Positions 10,250 to 20,396 are shown, counted from the stretch's first letter. The stretch is DNA of 64,000 nucleotides from Myxococcales bacterium (GCA_037441385.1 JBBISH010000004.1:1-64000); one strand, 5' to 3'. The notes: generated by a model not told the origin, from the letters alone. Numbers and translations are program-made.

Positions 10250-11560
10250 ATGAGGCTCGACGTCCCAACGCTGGTGGCATGCAACGTTGCGACCCTTTGG
10301 ACGTTGGCGGCCGTAGTGGCGCTGGTGCTGGGACGGCGGCTCCCCAAGGGCGCAGCCCTGTATCTGCTCGCGCTGGTGCTGCAGGGACTTGTCGCCGAAC
10401 TGGCGCTGCTCAATGGCCACATCATCGCGCGGCCCGGCAGCATCGCGGGCGATCTTGGCTTGACCATTGCTTTTGCGATCAGCTACGTAGGCGTCGCGCG
10501 CCTGGTGGCCGCGCCGGTGTTTTGGCCCGCTGCGGTGGCGCCGCCCCTGCTGGTCGCGCTGCTGTGGGCGCTTGCCAGCCCCGCGGCGCACCCTGGCTGG
10601 GAGTGTGCGCTTCTGCAGGCGGCCCAGCACGCGGCGGCCCTGGATGCGCTTTGGTCGCGCCTAAGAAACCAGCGCGACCGGCCCACTTGGCTGCTGGCCA
10701 TGACCGAGGCCGGCGTGGTCACCCTGCTCTCTGTCCGCGCCGTGGCGCTGGTCCTGGCCGGTCTGGCCGGCCTGACGGGCGATCTGATGGAGATGTCCGG
10801 TTTCTTGCTCGCAGCGCAAGTGTTGATGGCGATGCACGTGGTGTCCGTGTTGCTGATGGTGCAGAACCGCGCCCTGGATCGGGCCCAAGAGCAGGTCGCG
10901 CACGATGCCTTGACCGGTGTGGCCAGTCGCGCATGCCTCTTTGGACTGGGGCCGGAAATGCTGCGGCGGGCAACGGCGGGCGGGCGCCCGTGCTCGCTAC
11001 TGATGGTCGACCTGGACCTGTTCAAGCAGGTCAACGATCGCTATGGACACTTGGCCGGCGACGAGGTGCTGTTGGCGGTGGCGCAGTCGATGCGCAGAAG
11101 TCTGCGGCCTTCGGATGTCATTGCGCGCTACGGGGGCGAGGAGTTTTGCGTCGTGCTGTTTGGCGCGGGAGCCGTTCAGGCCGTAGAAGTGGCTGAACGT
11201 ATTCGTGAAAATTTGAGGTCGGTGCGACCACTGGCGACAGCGCCCGAGCTTCGGGTCACGGTGAGCATCGGCGTTGCTGAGTCGCAGCCGCAGGATCGTT
11301 GTCGTTTTGACGAATTGCTGAGGCGCGCGGACGCCGCCATGTACCGGGTCAAGGTGAGCGGGCGCAACGGTGTGGCGATCGACGGCATTTCGGCCGTGGC
11401 CCACGGCAGGCCGAGCGCACCCGATCTTCAAGCGGCGTCAAGTGGGCTCGCGGCGTTGCCGCAAGGACCCGAATCACACCCAGGGGATGCCGTTGCGCCT
11501 TGCCTGCCCCGCTTGGCAACCGGCGAGGATCGGGCCGGGCCCCCGACACGGGCCCCTTGA
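10250..11560 (+). CDS. Membrane-bound diguanylate cyclase (GGDEF)
   Basis: Multiple N-terminal TM segments; DALTG, DLDLFKQVNDRYGHLAGD, RPSD I-site, RYGGEEF. Confidence 0.93.
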   Translation: MRLDVPTLVACNVATLWTLAAVVALVLGRRLPKGAALYLLALVLQGLVAELALLNGHIIARPGSIAGDLGLTIAFAISYVGVARLVAAPVFWPAAVAPPLLVALLWALASPAAHPGWECALLQAAQHAAALDALWSRLRNQRDRPTWLLAMTEAGVVTLLSVRAVALVLAGLAGLTGDLMEMSGFLLAAQVLMAMHVVSVLLMVQNRALDRAQEQVAHDALTGVASRACLFGLGPEMLRRATAGGRPCSLLMVDLDLFKQVNDRYGHLAGDEVLLAVAQSMRRSLRPSDVIARYGGEEFCVVLFGAGAVQAVEVAERIRENLRSVRPLATAPELRVTVSIGVAESQPQDRCRFDELLRRADAAMYRVKVSGRNGVAIDGISAVAHGRPSAPDLQAASSGLAALPQGPESHPGDAVAPCLPRLATGEDRAGPPTRAP

Positions 11561-11589
11561 TCCGGACCTTGATCCGGACCCTGCCCAAC

Positions 11590-11720
11590 TCACGCCTGCA
11601 CGGGCTTTCTGGTCCGGCCCACATCCAGCGAGAATCAGGCGAGGACCCCGGTTCGGGCCCGAAGAAGTGCCCGAAGAATTGCCGGAGTTTTCGAGCCGGA
11701 TTGGGCGGATTCCGCGTGAG
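11590..11720 (+). repeat. Intergenic palindromic repeat, module A copy
   Basis: GCGAGAATCAGGCGAGGACCCCGGTTCGGGCCCGAAGAA...GTTTTCGAGCCG matches 24776-24835; contains an internal 12-bp duplication GCCCGAAGAA(G/T)T. Confidence 0.8.
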
Positions 11721-12002
11721 CCGGGCAGGCTTTCGCTCCGGATCGCTCGGATTGCGCACTAGGTGGCGACAACACCAGGGACGCGAGCCCCCAATGCGGA
11801 GGCCGCCGTCGCTCGCGTGTCTAGGAATGCGGTGCGAGATCCGCTAAAGTATTGCGCTGTCTGCCCGCGCCGGACCCCTGGGACCGCGCGCAGCTCGATG
11901 GCCCGGCGCCCGACCCCGCGGGCGGCGCCCCTTGTGCATAGAGACGACCCTGAGGCGGCCCGGCAGCCGGGCCCTGGGGCACGATCGCTGCGGAGCTGGA
12001 AG

Positions 12003-15000
12003 ATGAAGCAATTTTGGCGCTACCCCCTGACCTTTCCGGCCGTCGCAGCCGTCGCCGTGCTGGCGGCCTGCGGCGCGACACCTGGCCACAACGGCGCCAC
12101 GATCACCGCGGTGATCGATACGGGCAGCGATCTCGGCAGCGATCTGAGCTCTGCCAGCGACAGCGAGGGCGACGCGGCTGGGTCCGACGCCACGCCAGGC
12201 GAAGACGCGGACTTTGCGGACAACAGCACCCCCAATGCCGACGCCGGGGACGATACCAGCGCAGACGCGGCCGCCGACGATGGCGCGGAACCTGCAGATG
12301 GGTCTGGCGATACCGCTCAGGGGGACAGCGAGGCCGGGGATGCGGTCGCCACGGACGCCAACGTGAGCGACGCCGTCGCGACCGATGCCACTACGGGCGA
12401 CACGGCCACCGGCGACGCGGCCGCCGATGCTGTGCCCCAAGCGGACAGCCAGGGCGATGCCGCAGGCGATACGACCACCAGCCCGGGCCTGTCGGCGCCC
12501 TGCGACAGCGACGACGACTGCCAGGGCAGCGGCACCGGCAAAGTCTGCAACGTGACCACGCACGCTTGCGCCCTGTGCATGGCCAGCAAGGACTGCCCGG
12601 CCGGCGAACTGTGCCAAGGCAACGCCTGCAAGCCGGCGGTGGCGTGCAAGTCCGACACCAACTGCAAGGCGACCAGCCAGGTTTGCGACAAGGCAGAGGG
12701 ACTGTGCGTCAACTGCGCCAGCGACCTGGACTGCGCTGGCGGCAAGTGCGTCGACCACGCATGCCAAGCCGTCAAGACGTGCAAGAGCAGCCTGGACTGC
12801 CCAGCCGTGTGCGACCAAACCGCTGGCGTGTGCGTCCAGTGCAAAGAAAGCGTGGACTGCCCGACCGATCAGGCCTGCTTCTCGGGCACCTGCAAGCCGA
12901 TTCTGTGCAAGGGGCCGCTCTGCTCGGGCGGCAAGTCGTTCTTGTGCAAGGCAGACGGCAGCGGCTACGAGGCCGGCAAGAACTGCGACGACAAGAACGC
13001 GTGCACCGATGGCGACAGCTGCGACACCGGCCTGTGCAAGCCCGGCCCGGCCAAGGTCTGCGACGACCAAAACCCTTGCACAACTGACAGTTGCGACCCA
13101 TTGCTGGGCTGCCAGTTCAAGGCCAACACCGCCGCGTGCGACGACTTGGCGCCATGCACCGAAAACGACGTGTGCAGCGGCGGCGCCTGCGCTGGCAAAC
13201 CCATGGTCTGCGAGGATGGCAAGGTCTGCACCGCCGACGCCTGCAAGGACGGCAACTGCGTCTTTGTGGCCCAAGGCGGCACCTGCGACGACGGCAACGC
13301 TTGCACCACGGGCGACGCTTGCACCGGCGGCGCATGCAAGGGCCCCAACGCCCTGGTCTGCAGTGACGACAACCCCTGCACCATCGACAGCTGCGACACC
13401 GTCAAAGGCTGTACGTTCACGGCCACCAACGGCGCCACCTGCGACGACGGCAACGGCTGCACCACCGGCGACGTGTGCGTCGGCCCGGTCTGCCAGGGCG
13501 TGGGCAAGCAGTGCGGCGATAGCAACCCGTGCACCGACGACGGGTGCAGCGGTGGCGTCTGCTCGTACAAGGCGAACACCAAGGCCTGCGACGACGGCAA
13601 TCCGTGCACGTCCGGCGATGTCTGCACCAACGGTTCGTGCGCAGGGATGCTGGGCGGCTGCGACGACAAGAATCCTTGCACCACCGACGCTTGCCTATCG
13701 GTCGGCTGCCAGCACACGTCCAACACCGAGCCCTGCGACGACGGCGACGCCTGCACCACCCCCGACGTGTGCAGCGGCGGCGTCTGCGCCAGCAAGCCCA
13801 AGAACTGCGACGACGCCAACGAGTGTACCAGCGACTCGTGCAAAGCCGGCGTCTGCCAGTACGCACCCGTCGACGGGTCCTGCGGCGGCCCCGGCGCGTG
13901 CTCGGTGTGCCAGGCGGGCAAGTGCGCCGCCAGCGCCAAAGGCTTCGAGGACACGTATGGCGGCGCCAACACCGACAAATTCTACGGCGTGGCCGCCACC
14001 GCCGACGGCGGCTTCCTGGCCGCGGGCTCTACCGCCTCCAAGGGCGCGGGCAACGACGACGGCTGGCTGGTCAAGCTGGATGCGACCGGCAGCCTCTTGT
14101 GGGAGAAGACGTTCGGTGGCACGGGCTCGGACTCGTTCGCCGGCATCACGCCCATGGGCAACGGCAACTTCGCGCTGGTCGGCACCAACTCGTCCAAGGG
14201 CAACGGCAACCAGGTTTGGCTGGTCGTCGTGGATGCATCGGGCGGTCTAGTCAACGGCATCGACAAGGTATTCGGCAGCTCGTACAGCGACATGGGCCGG
14301 GCGGTCGCCGTCAATTCGGCGGGCCTGCTGATCGCGGGGCAGAAACAAGTCTACGCGTCGCAAAACTACTACCCCAACTACGGCTGGTTGCTGCAGGTCG
14401 ACCCCACGGGCAACCTATTGTGGGACAAGGACTTGACCAACATGATCGACACCGCAGGGGTGGTGGCGATCGGCGACCAGAGCGTGGTCCTGGGCCATGG
14501 CAACACGACGGCCACCAATACGCAGGACATCATCCTGCAGCGGTTGAAGTCGGGAGGGGCGCAGGTATGGACGGTGACGATCGGCAGCACGCCCACGGAC
14601 TCCGGGCGCGAGCTCGCACTGCTGAGCGACGGCAGCCTGCTGGTCAGCGGCCGCCTGGGCTACAACTACACCGAGGCGACCTTTGTCGGCCGCTACGACG
14701 GCACCGGCAAACAGCTGTGGAAGTCGAACGACGCCAACCTGACGGGCGACCTGAACGCAGTGATCGAGTCGGGCAAATCGCTGATTTTGGCTGGCAATGT
14801 GCGCTCGAACTCGCAGTGGGATGGCCGCTTGGTCGGCCTGGATCTGGCCACCGGCTCGACGCTATGGACCCAGACCTTGGCCTTCAGTGCCACCTACGAC
14901 GACCAGTTCTTTGGCGCCATCCCCTTTGGCGGCGGCGCAGCCGTGGTGGGCGCGGCCTATGTGGGCAACGGTTCGAGCCACGACGGCTGGCTGATGGTCG

Positions 15001-15401
15001 TCAACGACCAGGGCAAGATGGCGTGCGAGTGCGACACCAAATGCGACGACGGCAACTCCTGCACCCTAGACACCTGCTACGCCGGGACGTGCAAGTCCAA
15101 GCCCGCCGCCAGCGGCACGTTCTGCCTGACCACCAGCGCCGCCCCGGGGACCTGCAACAGCAGCCAGCAGTGCGTGTCGACGTGCGGCAACGGCACGTGC
15201 ACCAGCGGCGAGACGATCTACAACTGCCCACAGGACTGCAAAGTGACGGTCGCGCATCCCTGCGACAACTTCTGCGGCGCGAAAAACACGACCTACGGCT
15301 GCTACTGCGATGCCTTGTGCAAAACCCAGGGCGATTGCTGCCAGGCCAGCGGCGCCAAGGGCTACAGCTGCGCCGGGTCGACCTGCTCGATCTGCAAGTA
15401 G
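12003..15401 (+). CDS. Large Cys-rich surface lipoprotein: acidic linker, CDDGNxCT repeats, beta-propeller-like region, C-terminal somatomedin-B-like domain
   Basis: Lipobox LAAC; Asp/Ala-rich spacer; more than 10 CDDxNxCTxDxC repeats; WEKTFGG-type propeller repeats; CDNFCG...CYCDALCKTQGDCC. Confidence 0.85.
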   Translation: MKQFWRYPLTFPAVAAVAVLAACGATPGHNGATITAVIDTGSDLGSDLSSASDSEGDAAGSDATPGEDADFADNSTPNADAGDDTSADAAADDGAEPADGSGDTAQGDSEAGDAVATDANVSDAVATDATTGDTATGDAAADAVPQADSQGDAAGDTTTSPGLSAPCDSDDDCQGSGTGKVCNVTTHACALCMASKDCPAGELCQGNACKPAVACKSDTNCKATSQVCDKAEGLCVNCASDLDCAGGKCVDHACQAVKTCKSSLDCPAVCDQTAGVCVQCKESVDCPTDQACFSGTCKPILCKGPLCSGGKSFLCKADGSGYEAGKNCDDKNACTDGDSCDTGLCKPGPAKVCDDQNPCTTDSCDPLLGCQFKANTAACDDLAPCTENDVCSGGACAGKPMVCEDGKVCTADACKDGNCVFVAQGGTCDDGNACTTGDACTGGACKGPNALVCSDDNPCTIDSCDTVKGCTFTATNGATCDDGNGCTTGDVCVGPVCQGVGKQCGDSNPCTDDGCSGGVCSYKANTKACDDGNPCTSGDVCTNGSCAGMLGGCDDKNPCTTDACLSVGCQHTSNTEPCDDGDACTTPDVCSGGVCASKPKNCDDANECTSDSCKAGVCQYAPVDGSCGGPGACSVCQAGKCAASAKGFEDTYGGANTDKFYGVAATADGGFLAAGSTASKGAGNDDGWLVKLDATGSLLWEKTFGGTGSDSFAGITPMGNGNFALVGTNSSKGNGNQVWLVVVDASGGLVNGIDKVFGSSYSDMGRAVAVNSAGLLIAGQKQVYASQNYYPNYGWLLQVDPTGNLLWDKDLTNMIDTAGVVAIGDQSVVLGHGNTTATNTQDIILQRLKSGGAQVWTVTIGSTPTDSGRELALLSDGSLLVSGRLGYNYTEATFVGRYDGTGKQLWKSNDANLTGDLNAVIESGKSLILAGNVRSNSQWDGRLVGLDLATGSTLWTQTLAFSATYDDQFFGAIPFGGGAAVVGAAYVGNGSSHDGWLMVVNDQGKMACECDTKCDDGNSCTLDTCYAGTCKSKPAASGTFCLTTSAAPGTCNSSQQCVSTCGNGTCTSGETIYNCPQDCKVTVAHPCDNFCGAKNTTYGCYCDALCKTQGDCCQASGAKGYSCAGSTCSICK

Positions 15402-15407
15402 TGCGAG

Positions 15408-15470
15408 CCCCAGGTCTGGCCCGAAGATTGGCGAAGTTTTCGCGCCGATTCGGGCGCGATCCGCATCAGG
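15408..15470 (+). repeat. Partial module A repeat between convergent genes
   Basis: GGCCCGAAGATTGGCGAAGTTTTCGCGCCGATT resembles GGCCCGAAGAATTGCCGAAGTTTTCGAGCCGATT at about 24804. Confidence 0.7.
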
Positions 15471-16485
15471 TCGCCGCTGGCGGCAGCTGATCCCGCAGCA
15501 CCCGCAGCGCCGCGGTCAGCGCCGCGTCGGCGATCTGGGCCTGACGCGGCAAGTCCTCGATCCAATAGACCAGCCGCATCTTGACGTCCTGGTCGACCAC
15601 CTCGGCCAGCAGCACCTGCGGCGCCGGTTCCGCCACGACCCCGGCGGTGGCCAGCAACGCCTGCTGCAACTTCGCGCGGACGGTCTCTAGCTCGCAAGTC
15701 AGCGGAACGGGGAGGTGAAATTCGCGGGCAACCGGACGCGATCGCTGCGAAAAATTGACCACTTGCCCTTGACCGACCACGCGATTGGGGATGCTGATCA
15801 GCTCGCCGCCCACACCGGTCAGCACGGTGGCGCGCCAGGTCACTTCCCAGACCTGACCGGACCACTTGTACAGGCCTGCGGTCACGTCGATCCAGTCGCC
15901 GATCTCGTACGGTTTGTCGAACTGCATCGCGATGCCGGCGAAAAGATTGCCCAAGGTGTCTTGCATGGCCAAGCCCAGCACGACCGACGCCGCGGCCGAA
16001 GTGGCAAGCAACGGGCCAATCTGCAAGTCGAACACATTGGCGGCCAACCACGAATACGCCAAGAGCGCCACCAGCGCCGTCATCGTGTTGATCAGCAGCG
16101 CCGGCACAAACTCGCGCATATGACTCAAGAAAAGCAGTTCCATCGCCAGAGTCTTGGCGGCTTTGGTGAACACGACGCAGCCCTGAACCAACACCACCAG
16201 CCCCAGCCACGGCTGCATGCGCACCAGCTTGGACTGCTCGATGGCGTCGAGGTCAAAGCCGAAGTAGGTGATCGCCAGCCCCGCAAAGAAGGCCGCGTGT
16301 AGGCTCAGGTTGCCCAGCGCGCCGCGCAACATGCGGTGGCGTTCGGCAGACGCTTGGCGCATGGCCAAGAGGTAGATGGCCCACAAAACCACCAGGGCCA
16401 GGCCCATTAGCAGGATCGGCTCGGGCTGCACCAAGGGGTCGATACGCTGCAGCGGGATCCAGGGTGGGCGGGAGGTGGTCTTCAT
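15466..16485 (-). CDS. Small-conductance mechanosensitive channel (MscS family)
   Basis: GLAMQDTLGNLFAG; KPYEIGDWI; WRAT; IPN. Confidence 0.92.
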   Translation of the reverse strand: MKTTSRPPWIPLQRIDPLVQPEPILLMGLALVVLWAIYLLAMRQASAERHRMLRGALGNLSLHAAFFAGLAITYFGFDLDAIEQSKLVRMQPWLGLVVLVQGCVVFTKAAKTLAMELLFLSHMREFVPALLINTMTALVALLAYSWLAANVFDLQIGPLLATSAAASVVLGLAMQDTLGNLFAGIAMQFDKPYEIGDWIDVTAGLYKWSGQVWEVTWRATVLTGVGGELISIPNRVVGQGQVVNFSQRSRPVAREFHLPVPLTCELETVRAKLQQALLATAGVVAEPAPQVLLAEVVDQDVKMRLVYWIEDLPRQAQIADAALTAALRVLRDQLPPAAT

Positions 16486-16537
16486 GGGCGATCTCGCAGC
16501 AATGATACGGAAACCGTATCAGTCGGACCGGCAGCGC

Positions 16538-16570
16538 GGCGGGCAAGTGGCGGGCAAGCGGCGGGTAAGC
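16538..16570. repeat. 11-bp tandem repeat x3 (GGCGGGYAAGY), preceded by the hairpin TGATACGG-AAA-CCGTATCA at 16503-16521
   Basis: Read directly from the sequence. The hairpin shares ACGGAAACCGTATCAGT with the right end of module A at 24841-24857. Confidence 0.7.
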
Positions 16571-16584
16571 GGCGGCGTGCAGGT

Positions 16585-16995
16585 CTACGGGACGTGGCCG
16601 AGCAGGTTCCGCAGCGCGAGGTCGGTAAGGGCAAATAGTGCAAGCAACTCATCGACTTGGCCAGCCAGGTCCGACGTCTCGTGGCGATGCACGGCAACCT
16701 CGACCTGCTGGCAAGTGTGCGCCAAATCGCGCGCGCCGAACAGGGCACTGGACGACTTGAGCGTATGCGAGGCCCGGCCCAGCGTGTCCCAATCCGCACT
16801 GGCAAAAGCGCGCCGCACTTCGTCGGCCAGGCGAGCGCCGTTGACCAACTGCGTGTTGACCAGCTCGTCCCAGGCGCTACCGTCGTGATCCAACAGGTCG
16901 GCCAGCGCATCGAGCGCGCCCTTGTCCAGAGCAATCGAATTGGCGGACGAGCGATCCGACTTGGCAGGCATCGACATTCCTGGGCTCGCAGACAT
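16585..16995 (-). CDS. Stand-alone Hpt (histidine phosphotransfer) protein
   Basis: ASHTLKSSSALFGA motif; about 130 aa, predicted helical. Start codon uncertain. Confidence 0.85.
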   Translation of the reverse strand: MSASPGMSMPAKSDRSSANSIALDKGALDALADLLDHDGSAWDELVNTQLVNGARLADEVRRAFASADWDTLGRASHTLKSSSALFGARDLAHTCQQVEVAVHRHETSDLAGQVDELLALFALTDLALRNLLGHVP

Positions 16996-17177
16996 ACGCC
17001 ACGATTCTAGCCCGACATCCCACTGGATGCCAGCCCTTCGCCCCAGCCACCGCAGCGTAGTCCTGCGGATTCGCGCCCGCGCGGCATCCGGAGCCCGACC
17101 TGTAACTGACTAAACTTCATCATGGATCCCGGCGAAGGCCGGCGCGACCGCTGGAGTCTTCGAGTCGATTCAGCCGA

Positions 17178-17242
17178 ACCCCGATTCGGGCCCGAAGAAA
17201 TGCCGGAGTTATTAAGCCGAAATAGACGGATTCCGTATCAGG
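17178..17242 (+). repeat. Partial module A repeat
   Basis: ACCCCGATTCGGGCCCGAAGAAATGCCGGAGTT...AGCCGAAATAGACGGATTCCGTATCAG. Confidence 0.75.
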
Positions 17243-17339
17243 CAGATTGCGGCTGGGGCGAGAGCCGACCGCCAAAAACGCCACCGCGCGAACACCTGAC
17301 TGGCAGGGTCCGCGCGGCGGGGGGAGGGAGCGTTGGGGG

Positions 17340-17702
17340 CTACTTCTTGGGCGCGCTCACCAGGCCGGTCAGGAGCGCGGTATTGACCTTCTGCCCCACC
17401 ATGCCGGCGACTTTGGGCGCGGCCGGGGCGATGAAGCCCGAGAGGCCCTTGGTGTCCGGCTTGATGCCGGTGCTGTGCGCGGCGGGCTTGCCGTATTCGT
17501 TCAGCAGCTTGGCCGACACGGCGCCCGAGACGGCCGAGGCGGGGCGGGCGCCCTTTTGCTGCGTGAAGCCGGCGAAGGCCGAGGCGCCGAAGGACGGGGC
17601 CGCGCTGGCGGTGCTGAAGCTGTCGGCCGGGCCGGCAAAGACGGCGGTCGAGAAAGCGAGGCTGGCGATGAGGGTCAGGGCGATGGTCAGGGTGCTCTTC
17701 AT
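17340..17702 (-). CDS. Small secreted hypothetical protein (Ala/Lys/Gly-rich)
   Basis: Clear Sec signal MKSTLTIALTLIASLAFSTAVFA; GGAG Shine-Dalgarno; GC3-rich codons. Confidence 0.75.
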   Translation of the reverse strand: MKSTLTIALTLIASLAFSTAVFAGPADSFSTASAAPSFGASAFAGFTQQKGARPASAVSGAVSAKLLNEYGKPAAHSTGIKPDTKGLSGFIAPAAPKVAGMVGQKVNTALLTGLVSAPKK

Positions 17703-17909
17703 GATGGCTCTCCGTGGTCCCTATGGGACCGGCTGTCTCGAGGTCGGGCGGACTCTGCGGGCAACACCTTGCTGCCTGGGTCCGATTCCTTCCTTCGTTT
17801 GGCGGGGTTCCGTTCCCCTTGCCCTTCAGACGCCCCATCGGCGAGCTTCGATCTGTGCGGTTCAAACTTTTTTCGCGCACGCAGCGTTTTTCTGACGTAC
17901 ATAAGACTT

Positions 17910-20360
17910 TCAGCCAGTTGCAACCCATCCCCAGCCGGTGCAGCGGCTGCACCGCCACAACCAGACGCGCTTCTGACTGCTCCAGATGGGCATCGCCGGG
18001 GCTTGGCAGCGGTCGCACGGCAAAACAGCTGGCTCTTGGCCGACTTGACTGGCCTGCGGCGGGTCTACCCAGCTGTTGCACGGCCCGCAGCGCAGCAGCC
18101 ATTGTCCCTGCTTGACGGACCAGATCGCCCGCAGAAGTTGCCGACACTGCGGGCAATTCATCAGGGGCGGCGGCGGTGGCTTTTGCGGGTCGGGCTGGTC
18201 GGGCCGACCGCAGCGCAGGCAGACCACTGCGCCCTGCCGATCCTGGCGGCGCGGCCCCTGGCAAGAACGGCAGCGTCCGGCGCTGGGTTCGCCGTGCGCG
18301 TCGCATTCGTAGCCGTAGCCGCAGTCTGGCTTGGCCAGCGCGCTGCACGAGATGCGGCTGCGCTCGCCAAAACTCCTAGAAATCAGATTCGATCCGCACT
18401 CGGGACACAGCCCCAGGGGCGATGCGTGGCCCTTGGCGCTGCGCTGCCCTTCGCCGCGGATGCCGGTGACCAGCTGCGTCACGAACGCGCGAATTTGCGC
18501 CATGAACGCGCTGCGCTCGGCTTTGCCGCGGCGGATTTGCTCCATCGCCGCTTCCCAACTCCCCGTCAGTTCGGGCGATTTGAGCGCCGCCACCTGGATC
18601 GAGGCGATCAGATCGATGCCGCGCTGCGTCGCCACCATGGCGCGACCGCGGCGCTCGACGTAGCCGCGCTTGAGCAGGGTCTCGATGATGCCGGCGCGCG
18701 TCGCGGGCGTGCCCAGCCCCGAATCCTTCATGGCGCCGCGGAGTTCCTCGTCGTCCAGCAGCTTGCCCGCACCCTGCATGGCAGCCAACAGGTCCGCCTC
18801 GCTCATCGGCCGTGGCGGCGTGGTCTTGCCCGCTTTGACCGTCACCTCGTCGGTGATGGCCTTTTGACCGCGTGCCAGCACAGGCAATTCGCCCGCATCG
18901 TCGTCGCCCTCGTCGGCTTGGCTATCGTCCTTGCCCTTCTTCTTCTCGCGCTTGGGCGCCGCGTCGACTTTGGACCACCCCAGATCGACCACCACCGTGC
19001 CGCGGGTGCGGAAATGTTCCGTGGTGGTTACATCCACCAACACTCCGGTAATAATCGTAGTTTTCTGCTCGATGCGGTCGGGAAACCACGCAGCGAGCAA
19101 GCGCCGGGCGATCAGGTCGTAGATGCGTGCTTGATCTTGCGGCAAATCCAGGGCCCCGTCGCGGATCCGCACGGCCTTGTTGGTCACTACCAGGGCCGAG
19201 TGGTCCTCGACTTGGGCATCGTCGACAAAACGCGGCCCCAGCGCAGGCACGTTTCCTTTGCCAAATACCTTAATTTCATCCACATAGGACGCATAGGCCC
19301 CGCGATCGAGCGCCGCCACCCAACTGGGCGCTTTGGCTGCGTCTTCTTTGGTCAGGTGGCGCGACGAGGTACGCGGGTACGAGATGAGCTGCGCCTCGTA
19401 CAATTGCTGCGCGATCTCCAGGGTCTGCTCGGCGGTGTAGCCAAAGCGGCGGTTGGCCTCGCGCTGCAGCGCGGTCAGGTCGTAGAGCAGCTCGGGCCGG
19501 CGCTTTTCCTTCTTGCTCTCGGTCGACAAAACCTTGGCCGGCTTGCCGATTAGGCGGTTGCGCAGCTCTTCAGCTTCTTGCGGGGTCGCCAGGCGCTCGC
19601 CACTGCCCGCTTCGCCCGCCTCGCCCTCCTTCTGCTCGGGCCGAAACCAGCGCCCAATCCAGGTCTTGTCGTCCTCGCTGCGGAACTTGGCCTGCAACGT
19701 CCAGAAATCCTTGGGGACAAAGTTGCGGATCTCGAGCTCGCGCCCCACCAGCATGGCCAGAGTGGGCGTTTGTACCCGCCCCACCGAGAACACGCCGTCT
19801 TGCTGCCGGGCCCGCGCCACCAACGTCTGGGCCCGCGTGCAGTTGATGCCGACCAGCCAGTCGGCTTCTTGGCGGCAGCGCGCGGCGTCGGTCAGCCCCT
19901 GGTAGTCGCTTTCGGGCCGCATCTTGCCCCAAGCGTCGCGGATCGCGTCGTCCGTAAGGCTGGAAGTCCACAAGCGGACCACATTCTTCGTGCAACCTGC
20001 CAGGTCATAGGTCAGATGGAAGATCAACTGCCCTTCGCGGCCGGCGTCGGTGGCGTTCACGATCTCGGTGACATCGTCGCGCAGCAGCAACCCGCGCACG
20101 GCAGCGAACTGGTCAGCGGTCTGCTGGTTGACCCGGAACTGGAACTGCTCGGGCAAGATCGGCAAGTTGGCGAACGACCACTGCTTGGCGCCATAGCTCT
20201 CTGGTTCGGCCGCCTCGACCAAGTGGCCCACGCACCAAGTAATCAGTAGTTTCTGGCCGCCCGACTCGCCCTGCAAGTAGCTGCGGCCCCTGCCCGTCAC
20301 GCCCAGGGCATCAGCAATTGCGCGTGCCATCGATGGTTTTTCGGCTACGACTAGGCGCAT
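17910..20360 (-). CDS. topB: DNA topoisomerase III (type IA) with C-terminal zinc-ribbon repeats
   Basis: AEKPS; ATDAGREG (TOPRIM); GRVQTPTL; ISYPRT; GLGTPATRAGIIE; LKSPELTGSWE. Confidence 0.93.
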   Translation of the reverse strand: MRLVVAEKPSMARAIADALGVTGRGRSYLQGESGGQKLLITWCVGHLVEAAEPESYGAKQWSFANLPILPEQFQFRVNQQTADQFAAVRGLLLRDDVTEIVNATDAGREGQLIFHLTYDLAGCTKNVVRLWTSSLTDDAIRDAWGKMRPESDYQGLTDAARCRQEADWLVGINCTRAQTLVARARQQDGVFSVGRVQTPTLAMLVGRELEIRNFVPKDFWTLQAKFRSEDDKTWIGRWFRPEQKEGEAGEAGSGERLATPQEAEELRNRLIGKPAKVLSTESKKEKRRPELLYDLTALQREANRRFGYTAEQTLEIAQQLYEAQLISYPRTSSRHLTKEDAAKAPSWVAALDRGAYASYVDEIKVFGKGNVPALGPRFVDDAQVEDHSALVVTNKAVRIRDGALDLPQDQARIYDLIARRLLAAWFPDRIEQKTTIITGVLVDVTTTEHFRTRGTVVVDLGWSKVDAAPKREKKKGKDDSQADEGDDDAGELPVLARGQKAITDEVTVKAGKTTPPRPMSEADLLAAMQGAGKLLDDEELRGAMKDSGLGTPATRAGIIETLLKRGYVERRGRAMVATQRGIDLIASIQVAALKSPELTGSWEAAMEQIRRGKAERSAFMAQIRAFVTQLVTGIRGEGQRSAKGHASPLGLCPECGSNLISRSFGERSRISCSALAKPDCGYGYECDAHGEPSAGRCRSCQGPRRQDRQGAVVCLRCGRPDQPDPQKPPPPPLMNCPQCRQLLRAIWSVKQGQWLLRCGPCNSWVDPPQASQVGQEPAVLPCDRCQAPAMPIWSSQKRVWLWRCSRCTGWGWVATG

Positions 20361-20396
20361 CGGCGGCTCGACCCACGCTCGCGGGGGCGCCGAAGG

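Noticed and set aside
17703..17900. c-di-GMP-I or other riboswitch upstream of the small secreted protein
   Set aside because: There is only a short GACAGCCGG resemblance; the conserved GCAAA/GAAA core and pairing pattern are not found.
17247..19553. Long plus-strand ORF (768 aa) and similar long antisense ORFs (28497-30473, 43094-45124, 59684-61846)
   Set aside because: They are antisense to well-recognised genes and lack motifs, as expected for shadow ORFs in high-GC DNA.
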